Below, one piece after another: positions 55,936 to 64,000 of a stretch of DNA of 64,000 nucleotides (position 1 is the stretch's first letter; each line of letters opens with the position of its first letter). Below the pieces are notes generated by a model, which worked only from the letters and a program-made list of their open reading frames with translations, made no database searches and was not told where the DNA came from. The translations under genes were made by a program, and so were the position numbers. Origin of the DNA: Candidatus Latescibacterota bacterium (GTDB taxonomy: Bacteria; Latescibacterota; UBA2968; UBA8231); assembly GCA_963422735.1 (NCBI GenBank), contig OY730476.1:32001-96000 (forward strand), written 5' to 3'.

Positions 55936-57666
55936 ATGAGCAAAAGAAAACCATGGACTTGGCAAGGATGCGGGCTGGTACTCTTATGGAGTCTCGCGGC
56001 CTGTTCTCCGGATGCAGAAGTCGTCCTCGAACCCGGTGTGGTGGCGCGTATTGATTCCACTTCTATCTCGGCTGCCGAGATGCGCGATTTCGTCGTCCAG
56101 ATGCCCCAGTCCTTGCGCCTTCAGGGACAGGGCGACCCAGTGCGGAAGCGCTACCTGCGCAGCCTGCTGGCCAAGTCCCTACTCGTACTAGAGGCTAAAG
56201 AGCGGGGATTGGATACCGCCTATGTGGTACAGACTGAGGTGATGCAGTACTGGCGCCGGCACTTGGTTGACGCCTATCGCCAACTCGCGCTGGTGCCCAA
56301 CGTGCAGGTTTCTGAGGAGGAGGTACGCGCCTATTTCGCCCACAGTGGCCTAGACCGCAAGCGCCAAATGGCGGGCATTCTGGTGGAAGAGGATAGCACT
56401 GCAAAGCAAATCTATGAGCAACTCAAAGCGGGCGGGGATTTTGCCCAACTGGCCGCCAAATACACCATAGACGAACGGTCGGCTGCCCAAGGGGGCGTAC
56501 TGGGATTCATCGATCTGGAGCAGGCCCGCAGGTTGCAGATTCCAGACGAGATGTTTCGCAGTCTGCCGAGTGGACAGCTATCCTCTATCCTGCCCATGGG
56601 TACGCGCTACCAGATCGTGCGTTTCCTCCAGAACCAGCCCGTTCCGCTAGAGGAGAAACGACAGCAGATTCGCAATATACTCTACGAACGCAAGCGCTTG
56701 GAGCAGGATAGGGCGGAAATCGCGGCCCTCGCCCGCAAACTGGATGTGCAGCTAGTGCCAGAGGGATTAGATCTTCTATTAAATAAAGCGGCACTCCACG
56801 CCCGGGTGCGACTCGCCCATCTGGGCACCGAGGAGGTGAGCCAGCCCCTCTTTACCTATAAGGGGGGGCAGATCTCTCTGGGAGATTACCTCAACGCCCT
56901 GTGGAAGGATATGCGGGCCCTGTCCGGCTGGGGCGTACGGGACAGTGCCGAGGTGGTTGATGCAGCGAGGGAACTCGTTTTGATGCCGGTTTTGTTGGCA
57001 GAGGCGGCGCAGCGGGCCGGGTTAGAGGAGATGGCAGATGGACAACAGCGATTGCAGGAAATACGCACGGAATTCATGATTAAACAGCTACGCCAGGAAG
57101 AGATCATCGACCAATCCGAGGCGAGCGAGGAGGAAGCTAGGGATTTTTACGAGAACAATGAGGAGTTGTTCAGGGAACCGGCCCAATACATCGTTGTTGA
57201 AGTGCTGGTCGAGACCAAGGTGGAAGCCGTCGGTTTGCTGCGCGCGATCGCACAAGGTGCGACCATAGGAACGCTCGCCCAAAAGCACACCATCCGCCCT
57301 AATATGAAGAAAGAAGATGGCTTGCTGCATCTGGGCGAGTACGAGCGTTTGACCCTGCCGCGGCTCTTCAAAGCAATAAAGGCGGCCGATCTCAACAAAA
57401 TCGCCGGCCCGGAGCACGTAGAAGGAGGATATAGCATTTTCAAAGTTCTCAACCGCCAGGGAGGGGAATTATCTCCCTTTTTTCAAGTCGAGAAAAAGGC
57501 GCGGGCTTTGGTGCGCGGACAGAAGCGAGAGCAACTGTTCGAGGAACTGGTCGATGGCCTGCTGGATAAGTACAAAGAGCGGATCGCCGTATCTGACAGC
57601 GCATTGGCGGCGGCTCTACCCGATGCGTTCCTACAGCGCCAATCAAGGGCGACGGTTAGTAAATAG
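55936..57666 (+). CDS. Lipoprotein with two parvulin/PpiC (SurA/PrsA-like) domains
   Basis: LAAC lipobox; GGDFAQLAAKYTID..SAAQGGVLGF and a second degenerate rotamase domain. Confidence 0.8.
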   Translation: MSKRKPWTWQGCGLVLLWSLAACSPDAEVVLEPGVVARIDSTSISAAEMRDFVVQMPQSLRLQGQGDPVRKRYLRSLLAKSLLVLEAKERGLDTAYVVQTEVMQYWRRHLVDAYRQLALVPNVQVSEEEVRAYFAHSGLDRKRQMAGILVEEDSTAKQIYEQLKAGGDFAQLAAKYTIDERSAAQGGVLGFIDLEQARRLQIPDEMFRSLPSGQLSSILPMGTRYQIVRFLQNQPVPLEEKRQQIRNILYERKRLEQDRAEIAALARKLDVQLVPEGLDLLLNKAALHARVRLAHLGTEEVSQPLFTYKGGQISLGDYLNALWKDMRALSGWGVRDSAEVVDAARELVLMPVLLAEAAQRAGLEEMADGQQRLQEIRTEFMIKQLRQEEIIDQSEASEEEARDFYENNEELFREPAQYIVVEVLVETKVEAVGLLRAIAQGATIGTLAQKHTIRPNMKKEDGLLHLGEYERLTLPRLFKAIKAADLNKIAGPEHVEGGYSIFKVLNRQGGELSPFFQVEKKARALVRGQKREQLFEELVDGLLDKYKERIAVSDSALAAALPDAFLQRQSRATVSK

Positions 57667-57699
57667 ATACGTAAATACGTCTTATCGGGATGATAGGTT

Positions 57700-60384
57700 A
57701 TGGAACGCCGCTTGCCTTTGCAGTACTCGATGATTTCGGAGACGACCGCTTTGTCCACGGTGCTCTGTTTTGTAGCCCTTTTTCTCCCTGTGGCCCTAAA
57801 CGGGGTATGGGCCCAGGCGAGGGGTTACAGTCTGGGCGAGGACCGGGTGGAGGTGCGGACTCAGGCGCATTGGCAGGCCTGGGACTTTCCGAGGGATATG
57901 GTGACCGCAACGCCGTCTGGCTCGGTGCAGGCCAAATTTATACAAGTACCGCACAACGCCATATTGAATGCGGCAGACTTCAGCTATCCCATTGATGGCA
58001 GCCTGCGCGATCAGTACGCCAATTCGTTCCAAGATGAGAATAACACTCTGCTAGCGCGCGGCGGTATCAAAAGGGCTGGTTCAAATCCGCAGCTAGCGGA
58101 GCGGGCCATTGACGCAGATCCGACTACAGCTTGGGAGCCGGATCCGGCCGATCCCCTGAGGGACTGGGTGTTGGAGATTGATCTTGGCCGTCTGGTGTCG
58201 GCTACCAAGGTCGTTGTACGCTTTGCCGAAGAAGGGGATCCGTTTCTGCAATTCAGAGTACATTCGGCAGGAGGGCAAAACCCCTTTGGCACGGCTGACC
58301 GCAGCGGTGCCTTGGACTACACCCTAGTTGGCAGCACTACCCAGCCCAATCGCGACCAGCGAGTCTTTGAGTTCGACCTCGCACCACTGGGGCCCCATAC
58401 AGAAGAGTGGACCGGCCGCATTGTGCAGTACCTGCGCGTCGCGGTCACGGCCACCAATGGCGAGCGGGCGCGACAGCTTTCTGTCGAGGATTATCAGGCG
58501 TTGGCAGCAGAGAACCAAGGCGCTGTGGAATACGTCTGGAAAATCGCCGGCGAAGAGCGTCTAGTAACGGCCGAGCGCTACGACCAGTTGCCATTTGAGC
58601 AGCAGGGCGGGGTGCGCTATTACCGCCGCGAACGGCCCCAACTCGCCGAGGTGGAGGTATGGACTATAGGCGAGAACATCGCCTTGGGGATCGTAGAGCG
58701 CGGAGGTAATTTACACGACGTCAATCCCAATTCTTCGCCCGAACTTGCCGTTGACGGCAACGTGCGCACCGAGTGGCAGGGCATGGTTTACTTTCCCACC
58801 GGAGAGACCGCCGAGTGGGGTCTGTTGAACGTAAATCTGGGCTCCCACTTCTTGGTCCATGCCGTGCGCATCATTACCCGCGTCGGAGGAAGAAACCTGA
58901 CTGGTTATCTATTGCGCGGTTCGGACGGCTCGCTGGCACCCGATGGCAGTTTGATCTGGGAGGAATTGAGTGGTGAGACGCGGCAGCTAAACCAGAATAC
59001 GCGGCTGTTTGAGGATCGCTTTGCGCCGCGTCCGATACGCTTTCTGGAATTCCGCAACCTAGATATTGCCCGCCGCACTAGGGCCCATGAAGGGCACCGG
59101 ATACTGAGCACAGTGACCGAAATCCAAGTCTTCGCCAACGGGCACTTGCCGATCCTCGAAATGACTTCCGACCTCATTGATTTGGAGAGCTCCAAGACAC
59201 TGACTACCATCGAATGGGAAGCTAATACCCCCTCGGGCACGGCGGTGGAGATCCGCACCCGGACGGGAAACGATCTGCGCGAAGTAAACCGCTATTTCAA
59301 AAAAGACGGTACGGAAGTAGCCAATAAAGAAGAGTACGAAGATCAGCCGTCTTTCTTCAGGGGGGAGATCCTTACCGAGTTCTTGCCGGGACCGGGCTGG
59401 AGCAACTGGAGTCAAGTCTATGTCAAACCGGGCGAAGTCGTACGTTCCCCCAATCCCCGGCGCTATATGATGATCCAGACGAGACTGCTCAGTGAAGACG
59501 CGGCCGTAGCCGCCAGCCTGCAGTCGATCCAAGTCCATTTCACAGCGCCGCTGGTGGAGCGCATCGCTGGGGAAATAGGGCCCAAGCGGAATGTCCCCCT
59601 CGGCGAACTCACCGATTTCGACCTCTTCATCCGCCCCTCCTTCGCTGCTCGAGACCCGGGATTCGACCGCATCCGTCTCGTAGCGCCTTCGCAAGCGAAT
59701 ATCGAACTGCGCCAAGTGAGTTTGGGAGACGAAAGCGAATTTACCGCCGGAAACGAGGAAATATTTGCCGAAGTGGCAAAAGGCCGTTTTGAGAATGGGG
59801 CGGGGGAGGAATTGGAATTGACCAAGGTAGCAAGTGACACGCTGCAACTCGGCTTGCCAAGAATACTGCGGCGAGGCAGTGCGGATATTGTGCGGCTCTC
59901 TTTTTCGTCGCGCGTTTTCCTCAGCGGTGCCACTTTTGTAGCCGAAGTTGGGCGTTCGACGCAAGCGAACAACTGGCAGAGGGTGGATCCAGCAGACCCG
60001 GTGGGAGACGAATTGGCCGCTGGTGAGGGGTTGACCGTATTGACGATAGATCGCCGCGGGCAGATCGGGACAATCGAGGTAGATCCCGCCACTTTTACCC
60101 CAAATGGCGACGGCATCAACGATGCGGCGGTCCTTTCTTTTTTCGTACTCAAAGTCAATGTAGCCCGGCAAGTAGCGGTGGATTTCTACGACTTGGCAGG
60201 CAGGAAAGTGAGGTGCCTTTCTGAGAAGCGCGATATGGCGAACGGGCTGTATCGCCTTGTCTGGGATGGACGGGATGAAGGAGGAACTTTAGTATCCCCG
60301 GGCTTTTACATCGCCCGTATTGAGGTAGATGACGACGCGGGGGATGCCAACTCCGCTGCTCGCCTAGTTGGGGTGGCGTATTGA
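57700..60384 (+). CDS. Secreted FlgD-Ig/CHU_C-like protein (paralog 3, two discoidin-like regions)
   Basis: AIDADPTTAW, AVDGNVRTEW, FTPNGDGIND and WDGRDEGG. Confidence 0.8.
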   Translation: MERRLPLQYSMISETTALSTVLCFVALFLPVALNGVWAQARGYSLGEDRVEVRTQAHWQAWDFPRDMVTATPSGSVQAKFIQVPHNAILNAADFSYPIDGSLRDQYANSFQDENNTLLARGGIKRAGSNPQLAERAIDADPTTAWEPDPADPLRDWVLEIDLGRLVSATKVVVRFAEEGDPFLQFRVHSAGGQNPFGTADRSGALDYTLVGSTTQPNRDQRVFEFDLAPLGPHTEEWTGRIVQYLRVAVTATNGERARQLSVEDYQALAAENQGAVEYVWKIAGEERLVTAERYDQLPFEQQGGVRYYRRERPQLAEVEVWTIGENIALGIVERGGNLHDVNPNSSPELAVDGNVRTEWQGMVYFPTGETAEWGLLNVNLGSHFLVHAVRIITRVGGRNLTGYLLRGSDGSLAPDGSLIWEELSGETRQLNQNTRLFEDRFAPRPIRFLEFRNLDIARRTRAHEGHRILSTVTEIQVFANGHLPILEMTSDLIDLESSKTLTTIEWEANTPSGTAVEIRTRTGNDLREVNRYFKKDGTEVANKEEYEDQPSFFRGEILTEFLPGPGWSNWSQVYVKPGEVVRSPNPRRYMMIQTRLLSEDAAVAASLQSIQVHFTAPLVERIAGEIGPKRNVPLGELTDFDLFIRPSFAARDPGFDRIRLVAPSQANIELRQVSLGDESEFTAGNEEIFAEVAKGRFENGAGEELELTKVASDTLQLGLPRILRRGSADIVRLSFSSRVFLSGATFVAEVGRSTQANNWQRVDPADPVGDELAAGEGLTVLTIDRRGQIGTIEVDPATFTPNGDGINDAAVLSFFVLKVNVARQVAVDFYDLAGRKVRCLSEKRDMANGLYRLVWDGRDEGGTLVSPGFYIARIEVDDDAGDANSAARLVGVAY

Positions 60385-60464
60385 CTTTTGCGATCCGCTG
60401 ACGGTCGTACAACAAGGTGGCTTCTCACAGGACCAAGTCTGTTCCTCGTCTCCACGCGGCTCCG

Positions 60465-62189
60465 CTACTCGTATAGCTCCACTGCAGTCTCACCCCGGGC
60501 AAAGCGCTGCGCTGTCTGCACGGCCGACTGGCTCCCCGTATTGCGCCGCACATCCGTAGCCCAGCGAGCCAGCCCCACCAGCAACTGTCCCCGCGCCGGA
60601 TGACCGGCGCAACGGCTCCATTCCTCGCTGATTATGCGCAAGCCGTGCAGCAAATCCCAGCCATTGTCGTCCTTGAGGATGGTCTGGCCCAATTCGCGCA
60701 GCAGACAGTCTCCATCAAAGCCGCGGTGTAAGTACTCGCGCACCAAGCGGCCCACCTCGCGGATCTGGATGGCCTCAATCGCTTCTATTACCTCGGCTAG
60801 GGCTTCGCCTTGGCCAGCGGACGCCTCTTCTGGGGCCGGGTGTGCTCTCAGGGGACGGGGCGCGATATTGAGCCAGCGGTTTTCAAAGAATTGCCAAGCT
60901 GCATGGTACAAGGCTCGGGCCGCCACTTGGTCCCCGGCGCAGCGCCGAGCCGTGCGCACGGACGCGACTAGAATCAATTCGCGGTTCAGATCGAACCAAC
61001 CAGGGCTCATATTTACAGGTGTGCGGGCCATGCGGTCAGCCGCCAGCAGCACCATGGTGGAGACTACCTGCTCGATATCGGCCCCCGCTTTTAGCACCCG
61101 GGTTACTGCGCCAAAGATCTCTTCCAGATCGCCGCTGACCAAGCCGGCAGCTAGCTGATCCGAGTCGAAATCCCCCGAACCGGACGCGTACTGGGCGACC
61201 ACCGGTTCCACCCCGATGAACAAATCTATGGCCTCCCGACGGGCCTCGTGAGGGGCCGGCCGATTCCGGCCCAGCATTTTGGCGGCCAAATTGCACACCA
61301 AGAGTTGAGAGCGGTCCCAGCCGAATTCCTCTAGCAACTCGGCCAGATAGCCCAAGTGGATCAGATTCTCGGTCATGCCCAGCAAGTAAGGCTCGACCGC
61401 GCACTCGTACAACAGCGGCACAATGCGGTCGTCGCAGCCGCCCAAATGCCGAGCGGTTACTAGGCACTTCTCAATGCCCTCCCAGGTCTTGTCGGCGCTG
61501 AAGACGCGGATCCAGCGGGCCAGTTTGTCCCAGTTTATCGGCTGCGGCAGCGGGTGGATCTGGGGGCGGTCTCCGGCCCGGCCCGCCGCCCCCGAGGCCG
61601 CCATCATCAGCGGGATGAGGCGGTCAGCCGGCTCGTACAGGCGGGCTACCTTTACGCCGTTGACTAGCAGGGCCACATCCCGGCCTCCGTCGGGCCCCCG
61701 CTCGGTGGCGATAAAGCGGCCCATGTGCTCTACTAGCAGGTGCAGCGTCTCATCCTCAGAGACCCCCCGGGCCAGCAGAATGGCGATGGCTTTGGACAGG
61801 GTCCAATTGTCGCCGCTGAGTAGTCCTTCCTTCAGGAGCAGGAAGTGGACGTCTCCGCTCTTGGAGTTGGCGCCGGCCACATTGACGAATATCTGACCGT
61901 CGCGCTCTTCCACCGGATAGGTGTCCAGATCGTCGCAGCCCCCGGTGAAGCAGCCGCCGCCCCGCATGTCGTAGCTCCAGCCGTGCCAGTCGCAGGTGAG
62001 TACGCCATTGCGCACTCGGCCCCGGGTGAGGGGGTATCCCATGTGCGGACATTGGTTGTCCGTGGCGTACAAGGTGCCTTGGTGGCGAAACAGAGCCACG
62101 CTGCGGCCCTCGATCCGCACCGCCTTGGGCCGCCCTTCCTCCACCTCGTCGGCGCGGACCACAGGTACAAAAGTCGTTTGTTCGGACAT
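60465..62189 (-). CDS. Rieske [2Fe-2S] plus helical-domain protein
   Basis: CPHMGYPL...CDWHG N-terminal Rieske domain. Confidence 0.8.
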   Translation of the reverse strand: MSEQTTFVPVVRADEVEEGRPKAVRIEGRSVALFRHQGTLYATDNQCPHMGYPLTRGRVRNGVLTCDWHGWSYDMRGGGCFTGGCDDLDTYPVEERDGQIFVNVAGANSKSGDVHFLLLKEGLLSGDNWTLSKAIAILLARGVSEDETLHLLVEHMGRFIATERGPDGGRDVALLVNGVKVARLYEPADRLIPLMMAASGAAGRAGDRPQIHPLPQPINWDKLARWIRVFSADKTWEGIEKCLVTARHLGGCDDRIVPLLYECAVEPYLLGMTENLIHLGYLAELLEEFGWDRSQLLVCNLAAKMLGRNRPAPHEARREAIDLFIGVEPVVAQYASGSGDFDSDQLAAGLVSGDLEEIFGAVTRVLKAGADIEQVVSTMVLLAADRMARTPVNMSPGWFDLNRELILVASVRTARRCAGDQVAARALYHAAWQFFENRWLNIAPRPLRAHPAPEEASAGQGEALAEVIEAIEAIQIREVGRLVREYLHRGFDGDCLLRELGQTILKDDNGWDLLHGLRIISEEWSRCAGHPARGQLLVGLARWATDVRRNTGSQSAVQTAQRFARGETAVELYE

Positions 62190-62199
62190 GGCTTTCTCC

Positions 62200-63930
62200 T
62201 TAATCCTCAAAGATATCTACGGTCGTATGCCCTTGGGCAAAGCGCAGGGCCGCACGTGCGGCCGAGCCGCTGTCTTTGTTCGTGCGCACATCTGTGGCAA
62301 AGCGGGCTAGCCCCGCCAAAATCTGCAGCCGGGCCGGGTGGTCGCTTGCGGCAAAGCGCTCCCACTCCGCGAAAACGGTCCCCAGCGTGGGGAGTAGCTG
62401 ATGGGCTGTGTCGTCCCACAAGATGGCCCGGCCCATAGCCTCTATCAGAGGCTCCCCTAAGTGACCGGACAGGCCATAGGCCAAGACGCGGGGGCCTACC
62501 TCTTGGACATTGAGCGCCTGGATGGCCTCCACAATGGACGCCGGATCCTCTGCGGTCGCCGAGGTGGTCAGAGGCTCACTCAGGGGGCGGTAGGGAATGT
62601 TGAGCCAGCGGTCGTCGAAAAACTGCCAAGCCGCGTGGACCAGCCCCCGAGCCGCGGCCGCGGGACCTCCGTAGTGCCGCACAGTGCGCAGGGCCGCGGC
62701 CAAGTTGAATTCTCGGGTGAGACAGGGCCAGCCCGCCTCCACGTTCACCGGCACCCGGGCCATGCGGTCGGCCGCCAGCAACAGGCAGGTATCGATGAGA
62801 CGGTCGAGACTAACTCCGGCCTCTATTTGCTGAGTCAAGGATCCAAAAGCGGTCTCCAAGTCGGCGCTCACTAGGGCCTTGACCAAGCCGTCTTCGTCGT
62901 AGGGGACCTCTGGATCGCCAGCTTGGGCTTGGGATAAGACCGGCTCCATGTTGCTCATAAGGGCCATGGCGTCTCTGCGGAAGCGCTCAGGCTCACCGCG
63001 ACCGCGACCCACTAGTTTAGCCCCTAAGTTGAAAACCAACTCCCCGGCCTGATCCCAGCCGAATTCCTCCTGTACCCGGGCTAGGTGGTCCAGCCAGATG
63101 ATGTGGTCGGCAAAACCGAGAAAGTAGGGGGCTGTCGCGCAGTCGAAAAGCAGGGGCAGGATCCGCTCCTGATGCCCTGCGTGGCCCGCGGTGAATAGGC
63201 AGCGCTCAATGCGCCCAGCCTGACCGTCGCGGGAAAAAGTGCGCACCCAACGCGCAATGGAGGCCCAATCGACTGGATCGGGTAAAGGTACCACATCCAA
63301 CCGCTCGGCCGCTCCTCCGGCCGCGGCTCCGGCCGCAGTGGTCAGGGCGATCAGGCGATCCGCTCCCTCGTAGTGCCGCCCTATTTGGAGGCCGGACAGC
63401 AGGAGTACCACGTCTTGGCCTCCCTCGGCCCCGTGGGAGCTGGCGATGTGACGGCCTAGGTGGCGCACGACCAACTCCACGATATCGTCTTGGGGCACGT
63501 CGCCGCGCAACAGCAGGGCAATGGCCTTGGATTGGGTCCAGCGGTCGCAACTCAACAGGCCCTCCCACAGGAGATTCAGGTGCTCCTCGCGCCGCCGGTA
63601 GTCCAACTCGGGCACCTCGACCCAGATATCGGGCCCGCGCACCTCCACTGCAAAAGTCTGCAGATCGTCGCACTCGCGATTAAAACAACCGCCGCCCTCT
63701 AAATCGAAACTGCGGCCGTGCCAGTCGCAGGTGAGCACCCCGTGCCGCACCACTCCGCGCACTAGCGGGTAGCCCATGTGGGGGCATTGGTTGTCGGTAG
63801 CGTAGATCTTTTCTCCTTCGTTGAACAAAGCAATGCTGCGCTCGTGGCCCAACCGCACTGCCCGGGCTTGGCCCGGCGGCACGGCTGCGAGCTGGGCAGC
63901 GTTTACCCACTGCGTTTTCTGTGCGGACAT
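62200..63930 (-). CDS. Rieske [2Fe-2S] plus helical-domain protein (paralog)
   Basis: Same Rieske motif; shares LLAADRMAR.PVN, AAWQFF..RWLNI and RFA.G with its neighbour. Confidence 0.8.
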   Translation of the reverse strand: MSAQKTQWVNAAQLAAVPPGQARAVRLGHERSIALFNEGEKIYATDNQCPHMGYPLVRGVVRHGVLTCDWHGRSFDLEGGGCFNRECDDLQTFAVEVRGPDIWVEVPELDYRRREEHLNLLWEGLLSCDRWTQSKAIALLLRGDVPQDDIVELVVRHLGRHIASSHGAEGGQDVVLLLSGLQIGRHYEGADRLIALTTAAGAAAGGAAERLDVVPLPDPVDWASIARWVRTFSRDGQAGRIERCLFTAGHAGHQERILPLLFDCATAPYFLGFADHIIWLDHLARVQEEFGWDQAGELVFNLGAKLVGRGRGEPERFRRDAMALMSNMEPVLSQAQAGDPEVPYDEDGLVKALVSADLETAFGSLTQQIEAGVSLDRLIDTCLLLAADRMARVPVNVEAGWPCLTREFNLAAALRTVRHYGGPAAAARGLVHAAWQFFDDRWLNIPYRPLSEPLTTSATAEDPASIVEAIQALNVQEVGPRVLAYGLSGHLGEPLIEAMGRAILWDDTAHQLLPTLGTVFAEWERFAASDHPARLQILAGLARFATDVRTNKDSGSAARAALRFAQGHTTVDIFED

Positions 63931-64000
63931 GACACCTCCTCTCTGGGGTAGGTTGGGGATAAGCGTTTGCTTTAGTCGGTTTTCTCTCGAACAAGAGTAC

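Noticed and set aside
59059-60171. Long antisense ORFs (also 12914-13915, 20084-20905, 31339-32205)
   Set aside because: Shadow ORFs of GC-rich genes with no family motifs, unlike the nested ORF at 27529.

Overview
A GC-rich bacterial window. The secreted-protein families suggest a Latescibacterota/Gemmatimonadota-like lineage, which is an inference. Core genes are gnd, pgi, an AddAB-like helicase/nuclease pair, dnaK, uvrB, galE, a TPP-dependent dehydrogenase E1 alpha/beta pair, a ferredoxin, a sulfite/nitrite reductase, a galU-like gene, an NRAMP transporter and an Smr protein. A defence island at ~17.4-28.5 kb carries a toxin-antitoxin-third-gene triad, a Type III-like res gene, an AlbA_2 protein, a PIN remnant and a mod gene. 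A 12-kb operon of secreted/outer-membrane proteins lies at 48-60 kb. The most striking feature is inside the DNA methyltransferase gene (24924-28262). It contains a complete four-helix-bundle (23S-rRNA-IVP/Avd-like) gene nested in the +1 frame (27529-27897). This nested gene is enclosed by a 33-nt imperfect inverted repeat built from 7-nt units (YAGTGRY / RYCACTR), and the host frame stays open across it. The same heptamer units form three further in-frame patches in that gene and arrays upstream of pgi, addB and res. Together this points to an intervening-sequence-like, heptamer-hairpin element family in mRNAs. All family assignments come from reading motifs by eye; no searches were run.
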